NCBI GenBank assembly: GCA_031082205.1
Contig: JAVHLJ010000002.1
Coordinates: 12,557 to 76,556, forward strand
DNA: 64,000 nucleotides
Origin: Elusimicrobiales bacterium
GTDB taxonomy: Bacteria > Elusimicrobiota > Elusimicrobia > Elusimicrobiales > UBA9959
Direction of reading: 5' to 3'
In this document: positions 53,108-62,265 of the stretch, one piece after another
How positions within the stretch are numbered: position 1 is the first letter of the stretch
Layout of the letters: every line of letters starts with the position of its first letter
Program-made: the position numbers and the translations under genes
The notes under the pieces: generated by a model
The model's input: only the letters and a program-made list of their open reading frames with translations
The model's database searches: none
What the model was told of the DNA's origin: nothing

Positions 53108-56100
53108 ATGAAAAACAGGATTTTGGCGGCTATACTCGCGGCGGCGGGGCTCTTGTCCGCTTCTCCGGCCCTGGCCCAGCAGCTCTACATAAACGATATC
53201 GACGTCAGGTACCAAACCACGGTCTCCGGTTCATGGTGCAACGCTACGACGGACGCCAGCGATGTCAGCGGCGACGATGTCTCTTTTAATAACACGCTGG
53301 GGGACCCGTGGCTGGGATCGGCCCGCATAGAGTCGGAAAGGCCGCGCACCGTGGCCGCCTCCGGCAGTTATTATCCCGGCGGCTGCCTCAAGCTCTGCGC
53401 CTCCATCCAGTGCGTCGTCCCCAGCACGCCCACTACCTTCGGCATAGACGAGCTCTCCTTCGAGATCTTCAAGTTCGGCCCCGGCGCCAACCCGCTGGAC
53501 CCGGCTTCCACGCCGCCGATACGCACCATCAACATGTACAACATAGGCATGTGCTCGCAGCCCAGCGGTGCTATACAAACCCAGGACGTCGGCACCTACT
53601 GCACGGCCTGGGACGGCTTCTACAACATCAACGGCACTTTCGGCAAGACCAACGGCCAGTACGGCTTCCGGGCCACGGTCAAGACCAACCAGGTCTCGCA
53701 GACCGCCGGCAATATCTCCATACAGCAGACCGCTGCCTATCCCGGCCAGAACCAGTATCCCATAAGCGTGGACGTCATCAATGTCCACGCCGTCCGCTCC
53801 ACTCCCACCGTGGTGGGCAAAATAACCGGCGTGGCCGCGCAGCCCTACAATATCCTCTACCGCCTCTCCAAGGACGCGACGACTACCATCAAGATCTATC
53901 CCACAAACGCCTCCTCTTTCGGCCCGCTGGCCAGGACGCTGGTGGACGGCCTGCCGCGCGTGGGCGAGGGCACGCCCGACGGCACGCTGACCAACGGCGA
54001 TTTCTGGGACGGCCGCGACGACCAGGGCCGCATGCTGCCCTCGGGCGTCTACGCCGTCTACATAAACGCCGTGGGCTACGATTTCTTCGGCGCGGACATA
54101 GCCTGGGGCGCCACTACCTATATTTCCCTGGACCCCCTGCAGATAACCGACGTGGCCATAAAGCCGCTGGGGGCTTCCTCCACGGACCTGGCGAACATAA
54201 GCTATATGCTCACCGAGGCCGCGACCGTGTACATGGACATCTACCCGCCCGGCACCTCCTTCGGCGACATAAACCAGTCCCCGCCCACCACGCCCAGCCA
54301 GACCATAGTGCGCCGCATAGTGGAGCAGAAGGACAGGCGCACCACTGTGACCTCCATCTGGGACGGCCGCGACTCCGCCGGGCGCCCGGTCTGCGACGGC
54401 GACTATGTCTACGCCCTCTGGGCGGAACTCCCTTCCCCGGTCGCGTCGGGCGGCTCGGTCAGGACCAGCAAGACCCTGGTCGGGGTGCTGCCGGTGGCGC
54501 GCGGCCTGCCGCTGAGCCTGATGACGCCCTCCTCCACGGTCATAGGTTCCAGCCCCACCGCGGCCGGCCTTGACCCGTTCTATTTCCGCTACACGCCGCA
54601 GCGCGACGCCATAGTCAATCTGACCATCAAGGCGATGAACGGAACCACGGTGGTGCGGCGGGTGGTGCAGAACGAAGTGCGCTTCGCCAACTTCTCCAAC
54701 CGCGACATCTGGGACGGCAAGGACGACAGCGGCAACTACGTGTCCAGCGGCACCTACCTGGCGGAACTGGCCGTGACCGACCCGCTGCTCTGCGCCACGG
54801 TCAAGACCTCCACCTTCACGGCGCTGATCCCGGTGGACATGTTCCGCATCGTGGACGTGCGCAGCTCGGCGCTGCTGGGCGGCGCCTCGGCGCAGGCCAC
54901 CATCAGCTTCGAGATGTCCCAGACCATGTGGATGGACCTCAATATCTACCCGGCCGGCACCACGATAGCCGCCAGCGCCTGGCCCTGGGAGGCCGGCATG
55001 CCGTCGCCGGTCTACAACGTCTCCGGCATCAGGCCCGGCCGCTTCCGGATAACCGAGTACTGGGACGGCCGCGACTCCGACGGACTGCTGGTGCCCGACG
55101 GCCGCTACCCGTTCACGCTGGTGGCCAAGACCAGCGGCACGGCCGGAGCGCAGATGATCTACGCCACCGACAGGGTCAGCGGTTATGTGGACGTGACGCG
55201 CGGCCAGATAATCTTCTCCGGCTTCGACGTCATCCCGTCGATCCCCACGATGCACAACTCCAGCGACGTGGTGAAACTGCCTCCCTACGAGATAACCTAC
55301 GCGCTCAACCGCCAGAGCTCGGTGACGGTGCAGATCATGACGCTCTCGCTGCCCTCGCAGGTGGTGGCCAATATCGTCAACGGCGGCATACGCGACGGCG
55401 ACATGATCTACCAGGAGTACTGGGACGGCAAGGACGACAACGGCAATTACGTGCGGGGCGGAGCCTACAACGTGCGAATAACGGCGGAGGACATCGCGGC
55501 CCAGCTGACCTCCCGCGCCACCGTGCAGATGACCATAGACGTGTACCCGCTGCGGATATACGACGTCTCCATAGTGCCGCTGACGGCCGAGAACCCGGCC
55601 ATCATCTCCTACCAGGTCTCGGAGGCGATGAAGGTGGCCACCAAGGTCTACGAGCCCGGCACCAACCGCAACAATATAGCCGACCCGGGCTCCGAAGCCC
55701 CGGGGACGCTGGTCAAGCGCATAATAGGCGTGCGGCCGGCCAGGACGCCGATAACCGAATACTGGGACGGCACCGACCTGACGCTGACGCGGGTACCGGA
55801 CGGCACCTACGTCTTCCAGATCTACGCCTCCACCGACACGTCCAACATCAACACCCTGACCGGGGCCGTGAGCAACCTGGCGGCGCTGGCCGACGACGTG
55901 GTGACGGCTAATATCCCGCTGACCAAGGGGGGTGTGGCCGACCTCTGCGGGGAGTTCAACTCGGGGTCCTTCTTCTACCCCAACCCGTACACCGGGACCT
56001 CGGGCAAGTTCCGTCTGAAGGCGCCGATCACCGGCGGCATAAGCCTGAAGATGTACAACCTGGCCGGCGACCAGGTCTACAAGTACGATTTCGGGGACCA

Positions 56101-56254
56101 GGAAGGGGACAATATCCTGGAGCATTCCTGGCCGCGGGTCAACTCGGCCGGCAAGGCGGTGGCGCCCGGAGTCTACCTGGCGGTGCTGCGCTTCGAGGCC
56201 ACGCAGGGCACCAGGGAAGTGTGCCAGACCGTGAAGAAGATACTGATACCCTAA
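53108..56254 (+). CDS. large secreted surface protein: FlgD-Ig-like repeats + T9SS-type C-terminal sorting domain
   Basis: Internal ATG with signal peptide MKNRILAAILAAAGLLSASPALAQQ. Six WDG[RKT]D..G..V..G.Y repeats with W codons at 54005, 54359, 54710, 55061, 55421 and 55763. C-terminus FFYPNPYTG...LKMYNLAGDQV...APGVYLAVL...VKKILIP resembles the Por/T9SS type A CTD. Confidence 0.75.
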   Translation: MKNRILAAILAAAGLLSASPALAQQLYINDIDVRYQTTVSGSWCNATTDASDVSGDDVSFNNTLGDPWLGSARIESERPRTVAASGSYYPGGCLKLCASIQCVVPSTPTTFGIDELSFEIFKFGPGANPLDPASTPPIRTINMYNIGMCSQPSGAIQTQDVGTYCTAWDGFYNINGTFGKTNGQYGFRATVKTNQVSQTAGNISIQQTAAYPGQNQYPISVDVINVHAVRSTPTVVGKITGVAAQPYNILYRLSKDATTTIKIYPTNASSFGPLARTLVDGLPRVGEGTPDGTLTNGDFWDGRDDQGRMLPSGVYAVYINAVGYDFFGADIAWGATTYISLDPLQITDVAIKPLGASSTDLANISYMLTEAATVYMDIYPPGTSFGDINQSPPTTPSQTIVRRIVEQKDRRTTVTSIWDGRDSAGRPVCDGDYVYALWAELPSPVASGGSVRTSKTLVGVLPVARGLPLSLMTPSSTVIGSSPTAAGLDPFYFRYTPQRDAIVNLTIKAMNGTTVVRRVVQNEVRFANFSNRDIWDGKDDSGNYVSSGTYLAELAVTDPLLCATVKTSTFTALIPVDMFRIVDVRSSALLGGASAQATISFEMSQTMWMDLNIYPAGTTIAASAWPWEAGMPSPVYNVSGIRPGRFRITEYWDGRDSDGLLVPDGRYPFTLVAKTSGTAGAQMIYATDRVSGYVDVTRGQIIFSGFDVIPSIPTMHNSSDVVKLPPYEITYALNRQSSVTVQIMTLSLPSQVVANIVNGGIRDGDMIYQEYWDGKDDNGNYVRGGAYNVRITAEDIAAQLTSRATVQMTIDVYPLRIYDVSIVPLTAENPAIISYQVSEAMKVATKVYEPGTNRNNIADPGSEAPGTLVKRIIGVRPARTPITEYWDGTDLTLTRVPDGTYVFQIYASTDTSNINTLTGAVSNLAALADDVVTANIPLTKGGVADLCGEFNSGSFFYPNPYTGTSGKFRLKAPITGGISLKMYNLAGDQVYKYDFGDQEGDNILEHSWPRVNSAGKAVAPGVYLAVLRFEATQGTREVCQTVKKILIP

Positions 56255-56285
56255 AGCTACCGTGAACCGGGACAAAGGCGGAATT

Positions 56286-57278
56286 ATGAAGAACTTTAAA
56301 GGTCCGAATGCTCGGGTGCCCGCGCTCCTGACGGCGGCGGCGCTCTGTTTCTCGCCGGCGCTGCTAAGCGCCGCGGACGAGAGCGCCGGCACCTACGGGG
56401 CCGTGTTCATGAAGATCCCCACGGGCTCGCCCAGGGCCCAGGCGCTGGGCAACTCCGGCGCGGCGCTGGTTGAGGGCTCGGAGGCGATCAACATAAACCC
56501 GGCGGGCATAGCCACCTCGCAGCTCCGCGAGTTCAACTTCTCCTACCTGAGCTGGTTCGGCGGCTACGGCGGCCAGTACATGGCCTATGTCCACCCGATA
56601 GGACAGTCGGTGCTGGGCCTCAACGTCGCCTATTACAGCGTGGAGGATTTCGACGTGCGCGACGCCGCCGGCATCCCCCAGCACTCCACCGACGTCAAGG
56701 TGCGCAACGCCTACGCCACGCTGGCGCTGGCCAAGTCCTTCTTCCTGGAGAGGTTCTCGCTGGGCGCTTCCGTGAAGAGCGTCCTGGAGGACAATTACAG
56801 CGAGTCCTACCGCAATTACGTCTTCGATCTCGGCGCCTCGCTGCGGCTGGGCCGCAAGCTGTCTTTCGGCTGGAGCGGGCAGAACTATTCCGGCAGCGAG
56901 AAGGAAGTCGTAAAGATATCCCGCCTGGGCGCCGTCTTCGCCCCCAACCCCTTCTTCACTTTCGTGGTGGAGAACAAGAAGTACAGCGACAGGGACGACT
57001 CCAGCCTGGGCGGAGGGGTCGAGTTCAGCCTTCCCGAGGAGGTGCTGCAGGTGGGCAAGGTCTCTTTCCGGGCCGGCTACACGGACACCAGCGATTTCGG
57101 CAAGAGCTACGACGATTCCCTGGACCGTTTCGGCCTCACCGAGGCCAGCGGCTGGAGCTTCGGCATCGGCATCTACACCGCCCAGTCGCTGGGCTACGGC
57201 GTGGGCATAGATTACGCCCTGGTCCCCTACGGCGCCCTGGGCAAGTCCAACCAGATCTCGGTCAAGATGCAGTTCTAG
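56286..57278 (+). CDS. PorV/PorQ-like (UPF0164-like) outer-membrane beta-barrel protein
   Basis: Signal peptide. N-terminal block GAVFMKIPTGSPRAQALGNSGAALVEGSEAININPAGIA. Alternating strands to the C-terminus ...ISVKMQF. A GTG at 56262 is an alternative start. Confidence 0.65.
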   Translation: MKNFKGPNARVPALLTAAALCFSPALLSAADESAGTYGAVFMKIPTGSPRAQALGNSGAALVEGSEAININPAGIATSQLREFNFSYLSWFGGYGGQYMAYVHPIGQSVLGLNVAYYSVEDFDVRDAAGIPQHSTDVKVRNAYATLALAKSFFLERFSLGASVKSVLEDNYSESYRNYVFDLGASLRLGRKLSFGWSGQNYSGSEKEVVKISRLGAVFAPNPFFTFVVENKKYSDRDDSSLGGGVEFSLPEEVLQVGKVSFRAGYTDTSDFGKSYDDSLDRFGLTEASGWSFGIGIYTAQSLGYGVGIDYALVPYGALGKSNQISVKMQF

Positions 57279-57320
57279 CCTATGGCCGCGCCGCGACGAA
57301 CGCCGTGCGCCCCGGGCGGG

Positions 57321-57518
57321 ATGAAGACGACGCCCGAGGGGGCCGGCCGCCTGAAAATCGCCCTCAGGCGCGGACAGACGGCGGTGGAATATATACTGGT
57401 GACTACCGCCCTGCTCATGGCCTTCGTGATGATATACCGCGTAATGCAGTGGTACCTGACCAACCAGTTCAGGGCCGGCGGCCTGGTCATCATGCGGAAA
57501 TACGAGGCGCTGCCCTGA
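57321..57518 (+). CDS. Flp-family pilin-like protein (paralog 1)
   Basis: Class III leader with RRGQTAVEYILVTTALLMAF (G/xxxxEY motif). An ATG at 57282 is an alternative start. Confidence 0.6.
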   Translation: MKTTPEGAGRLKIALRRGQTAVEYILVTTALLMAFVMIYRVMQWYLTNQFRAGGLVIMRKYEALP

Positions 57519-57596
57519 CGGCCGGGTCCGCCCGGCCGCGGCGCGCGATAATAATATATAATTCTAATCGGTAAAGACTCCGCGGAGGTTTCAATA

Positions 57597-57785
57597 ATGA
57601 AACTGCTTAAGAACAGGAAAGGTCAGAACACGGTGGAATACCTGCTGATGCTCGCGGTCGTGGTCGGCGTGGTGCTCATCGCCGGCATGGCGCTCAAGAA
57701 CTATATGCCCGGGCTCTTCCAGAGCATACAGGGCATGATAAGCGGCGCGGCCAGTTCCCTGGGCGCCAGCGGCGGCAACAGGTAA
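57597..57785 (+). CDS. flp: Flp family type IVb pilin
   Basis: GGAGG SD. MKLLKNRKGQNTVEYLLMLAVVVGVVLIAG carries the G/xxxxEY processing motif. 62 aa. Confidence 0.85.
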   Translation: MKLLKNRKGQNTVEYLLMLAVVVGVVLIAGMALKNYMPGLFQSIQGMISGAASSLGASGGNR

Positions 57786-57828
57786 GAGCGGTTTTCCGGA
57801 CAGGACCGGGGCCGGAGGTCCCGGCCGC

Positions 57829-57864
57829 CGCCCCCGGAGAGGGGCGGCGGCCGGGTGCCAACAT
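57829..57864 (+). terminator. 15-bp GC hairpin downstream of flp (attenuator/terminator candidate)
   Basis: CCCGGCCGCCGCCCC cggaga GGGGCGGCGGCCGGG. No T tract follows. Confidence 0.4.
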
Positions 57865-57903
57865 TGTGACGGACCGGCTTCCCGGCCCGCCGGAAGGCAT
57901 GTT

Positions 57904-58398
57904 ATGAAGCGAGTCGTCCGCAGGGATGGGCAGGTCACCGTGGAGCTGCTGCTGGTGCTCCCGGTGTTCATGCTGATGCTCTTCCTGATAATGGAGCTCG
58001 GCAACCTGGCCTTCCAGACCATACTGGCCCATCACAGCGCCTACGAGCTCGCCCGCATCGGGTCGCTGGTGGCGGGACCCAAGGGCGGCGAGCGGGCCAA
58101 TTACTGCGACAAGGGCAAGGCGGAGATCAAGATGAGGGAAGTCCTCTGCGAGATGTTCGCCAACTGCAACAACATGACGGTCACTGCGAACTGTATCCCG
58201 ACCGGACTGGACAGGCAGGTGCAGGACACGGGGGGCAATCCCCACCAGAACCACGACCTGGAAGTTACCATGCTCTACCCGGCCAGGCTGGTCTTTCCCG
58301 GCGCGAACTACGTCCTGTCGGACCCGCCCAGGCAGAAGCATTCCAAGACGATCCGGGTCATGATGCGTATGCCGGTGGAGAAGCCGCTGTTCCAGTAG
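57904..58398 (+). CDS. tadE: TadE-like pseudopilin
   Basis: N-terminus RRDGQVTVELLLVLPVFMLMLFLIMELG matches the TadE/TadG N-terminal pattern. Confidence 0.75.
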   Translation: MKRVVRRDGQVTVELLLVLPVFMLMLFLIMELGNLAFQTILAHHSAYELARIGSLVAGPKGGERANYCDKGKAEIKMREVLCEMFANCNNMTVTANCIPTGLDRQVQDTGGNPHQNHDLEVTMLYPARLVFPGANYVLSDPPRQKHSKTIRVMMRMPVEKPLFQ

Positions 58399-58420
58399 CA
58401 ACGATTTAACAACGATTTAA
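58399..58420 (+). repeat. tandem 11-mer (CAACGATTTAA x2) in the tadE-cpaB spacer
   Basis: Exact tandem duplication at 58399-58409 and 58410-58420. Confidence 0.8.
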
Positions 58421-58470
58421 CACCCCTGTAACCGGGGTCCGGTAAACTATAAGCCAGAGGTGCTCTGTCT

Positions 58471-59226
58471 ATGGAAAAGAAAGGATTCCTTCTCCCGCTG
58501 CTGCTGGCGCTCGGCGCGGCGATGATCTACTGGTGGATACTCTCGCAGAAGGAGAAGAACCTGGCCAAGGCCTACGAGACCGGACAGGTCCTCGTCGCCA
58601 GGTTCGACCTGCCGGCCCGCACGGTGATCAAGGAGGACCTTGTCGAGGTCATACAGGTCCCGCGCAAGTACATGCAGCAGGACGTCTACGAAGTGCGCAG
58701 CCCCTCCGACATAAAGCACGTGGCAAACCTGGTCACCGCCGTCCGGATACCCAAGGGCAACCAGGTCACCCAGAGCTCGCTGGTCTCGCTGAGCCCCGAG
58801 GCGGGCCTCAGCGTCAAGGTGCCGCCCGGCTACCGCGGCTGCATCCTGCCCCTGGAGAACGAGCTGCTCAAACTGGTCAAGCCCGGCGACCGCGTGGACG
58901 TACTGGTCACTTTCGACGCCTTCATGGGCGACGGCAAGAAAGAGAAGGTCACCGCCACCATACTGCAGAACGTCCTGGTCCTGGGCGTGGGCTCCAACCT
59001 GGGACAGGGCATGTCCGGCGACATGGCCAGGAACAAGGCGTCCAAGGAAGCGGCCGACCAGGCCTTCTCCGACAAGGGCGTGCTGAGCCTGGCGCTCAAC
59101 CCCAACGAGGCCCAGTACCTTTCGCTTTCCGCCAAGACCGGCGAGGTCGCCGTCGTAGTGCGCGGCCTGGGAGACATAGAGCTGCACCCGATGGAGATCG
59201 CCAGCTTCAGGAAGCTGATCAAATAG
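58471..59226 (+). CDS. cpaB: Flp pilus assembly protein CpaB/RcpC
   Basis: N-terminal TM segment, SAF-like block (VLVARFDLPARTVIKEDL), RcpC-like C-terminus, locus context. Confidence 0.8.
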   Translation: MEKKGFLLPLLLALGAAMIYWWILSQKEKNLAKAYETGQVLVARFDLPARTVIKEDLVEVIQVPRKYMQQDVYEVRSPSDIKHVANLVTAVRIPKGNQVTQSSLVSLSPEAGLSVKVPPGYRGCILPLENELLKLVKPGDRVDVLVTFDAFMGDGKKEKVTATILQNVLVLGVGSNLGQGMSGDMARNKASKEAADQAFSDKGVLSLALNPNEAQYLSLSAKTGEVAVVVRGLGDIELHPMEIASFRKLIK

Positions 59227-59273
59227 AACGCGGGGGACGCCATGCCGCACGGCGGCCCCTACCGAGGAACCAA

Positions 59274-60002
59274 ATGAACAGGATAATATCGATAACCCTC
59301 GCCTTCGCCGCCTTTCTCGCGGCGCCGGCGGCGGCCCAGAAGACGCAGATGGTCGCCGTCAGCGCGGACATCGTGGAGATAAGCGGCTCGATACAGAAGA
59401 CGCGCGGCTTCTCCTGGAACCAGCTCTTCGAGTTCAGCGAGAAGTCGGTCCCCGGCATAATCCGCCTGGGCGAGTTCGAGCGCAAGACGCAGCTGAGCAC
59501 CTCGCTCAAGCTCCTCGAGACGGAGGGCAAGGCCCAGCTGCTCTCCAACCCGAAGGTCATAGCCAAGAGCGGCTCGCAGGCCAACTTCACGGTCGGCGGC
59601 GAAGTGCCCGTCCCCTACTCCAACAACCAGGGCGTGGGCGCCGAGTTCAAGAAGCACGGCGTCATCCTGCAGGTCCTCCCGGTGGTCATCGCGGAGAAGA
59701 AGGACACCGTGGACGTGCAGATAGCGCTCGAGGTGTCCAACCCCGACTATTCCAAGCCTGTCGTGGTGGGCGGCACCACCATCCCCTCCATGATAACCAG
59801 GCAGGTGCAGACCGAGGTGGAGCTCAAGAGCGGCGAGACGCTGGTCATAGGCGGCCTCAAGAAGAGCAGCCGCAACGTTTCCAAGAACCGCGTGCCGATA
59901 CTGGGCCACATTCCGCTGATCGGCAAACTTTTCAGCTCTACGGACATAGTGGAGGACCAGAGCTCGCTGTTCCTGTTCGTGACTTTCGAGATCATCAAGT
60001 AA
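59274..60002 (+). CDS. cpaC: minimal secretin (CpaC/RcpA-like, 242 aa)
   Basis: Internal ATG of track ORF 58533..60002. Signal peptide. Secretin C-domain blocks (LLSNPKVIAKSGSQANFTVGGEVP, GVILQVLP, SGETLVIGGL, VPILGHIPLIGKLF). No room for N0-N3 or BON domains. Confidence 0.8.
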   Translation: MNRIISITLAFAAFLAAPAAAQKTQMVAVSADIVEISGSIQKTRGFSWNQLFEFSEKSVPGIIRLGEFERKTQLSTSLKLLETEGKAQLLSNPKVIAKSGSQANFTVGGEVPVPYSNNQGVGAEFKKHGVILQVLPVVIAEKKDTVDVQIALEVSNPDYSKPVVVGGTTIPSMITRQVQTEVELKSGETLVIGGLKKSSRNVSKNRVPILGHIPLIGKLFSSTDIVEDQSSLFLFVTFEIIK

Positions 60003-60015
60003 AGAGGCGGCAAGG

Positions 60016-62256
60016 ATGGAAGAAGCGGCCAGCACCCTCCCGAGGGTGATAACATTTACCGGCCCCAAGGAAGGGGTCGGGTCCACCACGCTGGCGGTCA
60101 ACATGGCGCTGGCGTGGGCCAATTACCAGAAGCGCAACGTGCTCATCGTGCCGATGGACCACATGTGCCGGCAGGAGCACGCGCAGCTGCTGGGCCTCAA
60201 CCCGCCTTCGCTGGCCGAGCTGGTGCGCCTGCTGGGCCGCGAATCCATCAGCGCGCTGGGGGCTCTGATGAAGGGGAAGGTCCCCATCTCCCAGTGGGGC
60301 GTGGGCGTGCTGCCGCTTTCCAAGCGGCGCAGCGAGGCCGCCAAGCTCTCCCCGGACCTCATCATGCCGGTGCTCGCCAAGCTCTCCCAGTCCTTCGACA
60401 TCTTCCTCGACGTGGACCCCTATTTCCCGATGCAGGTCTTCGCCTTCGACATCTCGGACATGGTGTTCTGGACCACCAATTCCAACGCCACCAGCCTCAA
60501 CGCCACTGCCGGCATCTTCCGCGAGGTCAACGAGCTGCATTTCAACATGAACAAGTTCGAGATAGTCTCGAACCTTTACGACATGCCCGGCGCGCTGGGG
60601 CCCAAGGAGGTCGAGAAGTTCTTCAAGCAGCTCGGCCGCGACGTGCTGGCCTACATGCCCTGGGAGGACGCGCTGCCGGCGGCCGCCAACCAGAACAAGA
60701 TCCTCATAGTGGAGCAGCCCAACAGCCAATGGGTCAGGATACTGCGGGTGCTGCTGGGCCGAATGGCCGAGGTCCCGCCCACGGAGAAGCAGTGGGTCTC
60801 CAGCGTTTCCTCGGTGGAATTCTCCCACGGCTCCGACATGCTCTGGCGCGCCGTAGAGCGCGAACAGCCGGCGCCCGCCGCCGGAGGCGGGGGGGGCGAG
60901 AAGGCTCCCGTCTCGGCCACCGCGGCCCGCACCGACGTGCCCCCTTTCTGGGACGAGCTGAAGATGAAGATGCACGGCCTGGTGGTCACCGCGCTCGAGA
61001 CCGAGCGCATCAAGCTGACGGACGACGCCGCCGCCAACCAGGAGACCCGCAAGAAGGTGGACGGCATCATAAACGGCCTTATCCAGAAGGAAACCTCCTA
61101 CGCCCTGACGCGCGAGCAGCGCGTGAAGTTCATAAACGAGCTGCTCGACGAGATCCTCGGCCTGGGCCCGCTGGAAGAGCTGATGCGCGACCCGGCCGTC
61201 ACCGAGATCATGGTCAACGCCCCTGACCGGGTGTTCATAGAGCGCTCCGGCAAGCTGATACTGACCAAGTACAAGTTCCGCAACGACGACCAGATAGTGC
61301 AGGTGATGAAGCGCATAGTGGCCCCCCTGGGCCGCCGCATAGACGAATCCGTGCCGCTGGTGGACGCCCGCCTCAAGGACGGCTCGCGCGTCAACGCCAT
61401 CATCGCGCCGCTGGCCGTCTCCGGGCCGACGCTGACCATACGCCGCTTCTCGGCCAAGCCGCTGACGGACTCCAAGCTGGTCGCGATGGGCAGCATCTCG
61501 CAGGACTGCGTGGACTTCCTCAAGGCCTGCGTGAAGCTGCGCAAGGACATCATCATCTCCGGCGGCACCGGCACCGGCAAGACGACCTTCCTGAACATGC
61601 TGTCCAGCTATATACCCGAGGACGAGCGCATCGTCACCGTGGAGGACACGGCCGAACTCCGGCTGCAGCAGGACCACTGGGTGCGCCTGGAATCTCGTCC
61701 GCCCAACATCGAAGGAAAGGGCGAGGTCACCATCCGCGACCTGGTCAAGAACTGCCTCCGCATGCGTCCCGACCGCATAGTCGTGGGCGAAGTCCGCTCC
61801 TCCGAGGCGCTGGACATGTTGCAGGCCATGAACACCGGCCACGAGGGCTCGCTGGCCACCATCCACGCCAACACCCCGCGCGACGCGCTGACCCGCATGG
61901 AGGCCATGTGCCTCATGGCCGGCGCCGACCTGCCCATCTGGGCGCTGCGCGAGATGATAGCGTCGGCCGTGCACATGATAGTGCAGCTGACGCGCTTCTC
62001 CGACGGCACGCGCAAGATCACCGCCGTGACCGAGATCACGGGCCGCGACGAGAACACCATTCTCACGCACGACCTTTTCCGCTACCACCAGACGGCCATA
62101 GACCATTCTACGGGCAAGGTCAGCGGCTACTTCACCGCCACGGGCGAGCCGCCCAAGTTCTTCAAGGATTTCGAGACGCACGGCATACCGGTCCCGGTGG
62201 AGATGTTCTGGACCGAGGAACAGAAGCGCGCCCGCGCGGGGGGGCAGCGCCCCTAG
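60016..62256 (+). CDS. cpaF: fusion of a TadZ/CpaE-like (degenerate ParA/MinD fold) domain to the CpaF/TadA secretion ATPase
   Basis: aa 1 to ~270: [22 protein letters not shown] (deviant Walker A with the GK[ST] Lys replaced by Ser). A Gly/Ala/Pro linker follows. The rest is the CpaF core ([46 protein letters not shown]). Confidence 0.85.
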   Translation: MEEAASTLPRVITFTGPKEGVGSTTLAVNMALAWANYQKRNVLIVPMDHMCRQEHAQLLGLNPPSLAELVRLLGRESISALGALMKGKVPISQWGVGVLPLSKRRSEAAKLSPDLIMPVLAKLSQSFDIFLDVDPYFPMQVFAFDISDMVFWTTNSNATSLNATAGIFREVNELHFNMNKFEIVSNLYDMPGALGPKEVEKFFKQLGRDVLAYMPWEDALPAAANQNKILIVEQPNSQWVRILRVLLGRMAEVPPTEKQWVSSVSSVEFSHGSDMLWRAVEREQPAPAAGGGGGEKAPVSATAARTDVPPFWDELKMKMHGLVVTALETERIKLTDDAAANQETRKKVDGIINGLIQKETSYALTREQRVKFINELLDEILGLGPLEELMRDPAVTEIMVNAPDRVFIERSGKLILTKYKFRNDDQIVQVMKRIVAPLGRRIDESVPLVDARLKDGSRVNAIIAPLAVSGPTLTIRRFSAKPLTDSKLVAMGSISQDCVDFLKACVKLRKDIIISGGTGTGKTTFLNMLSSYIPEDERIVTVEDTAELRLQQDHWVRLESRPPNIEGKGEVTIRDLVKNCLRMRPDRIVVGEVRSSEALDMLQAMNTGHEGSLATIHANTPRDALTRMEAMCLMAGADLPIWALREMIASAVHMIVQLTRFSDGTRKITAVTEITGRDENTILTHDLFRYHQTAIDHSTGKVSGYFTATGEPPKFFKDFETHGIPVPVEMFWTEEQKRARAGGQRP

Positions 62257-62265
62257 GGCGGTCCT

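Noticed and set aside
53231-56392. 1053-aa minus-strand ORF. Similar giants occur at 59995..63123, 45218..47050, 51274..52896, 24794..25909, 30201..31793 and 36875..38158.
   Set aside because: All lie antisense or out of frame to genes with strong family motifs. Their products are dominated by R, G, A, H, D and V runs. I treat them as GC-driven artefacts.
58533-59273. N-terminal 247 codons of track ORF 58533..60002, which would make the secretin 489 aa.
   Set aside because: This stretch overlaps cpaB in another frame and translates to Arg/Pro/Gly-rich sequence. A signal peptide starts at the ATG at 59274.
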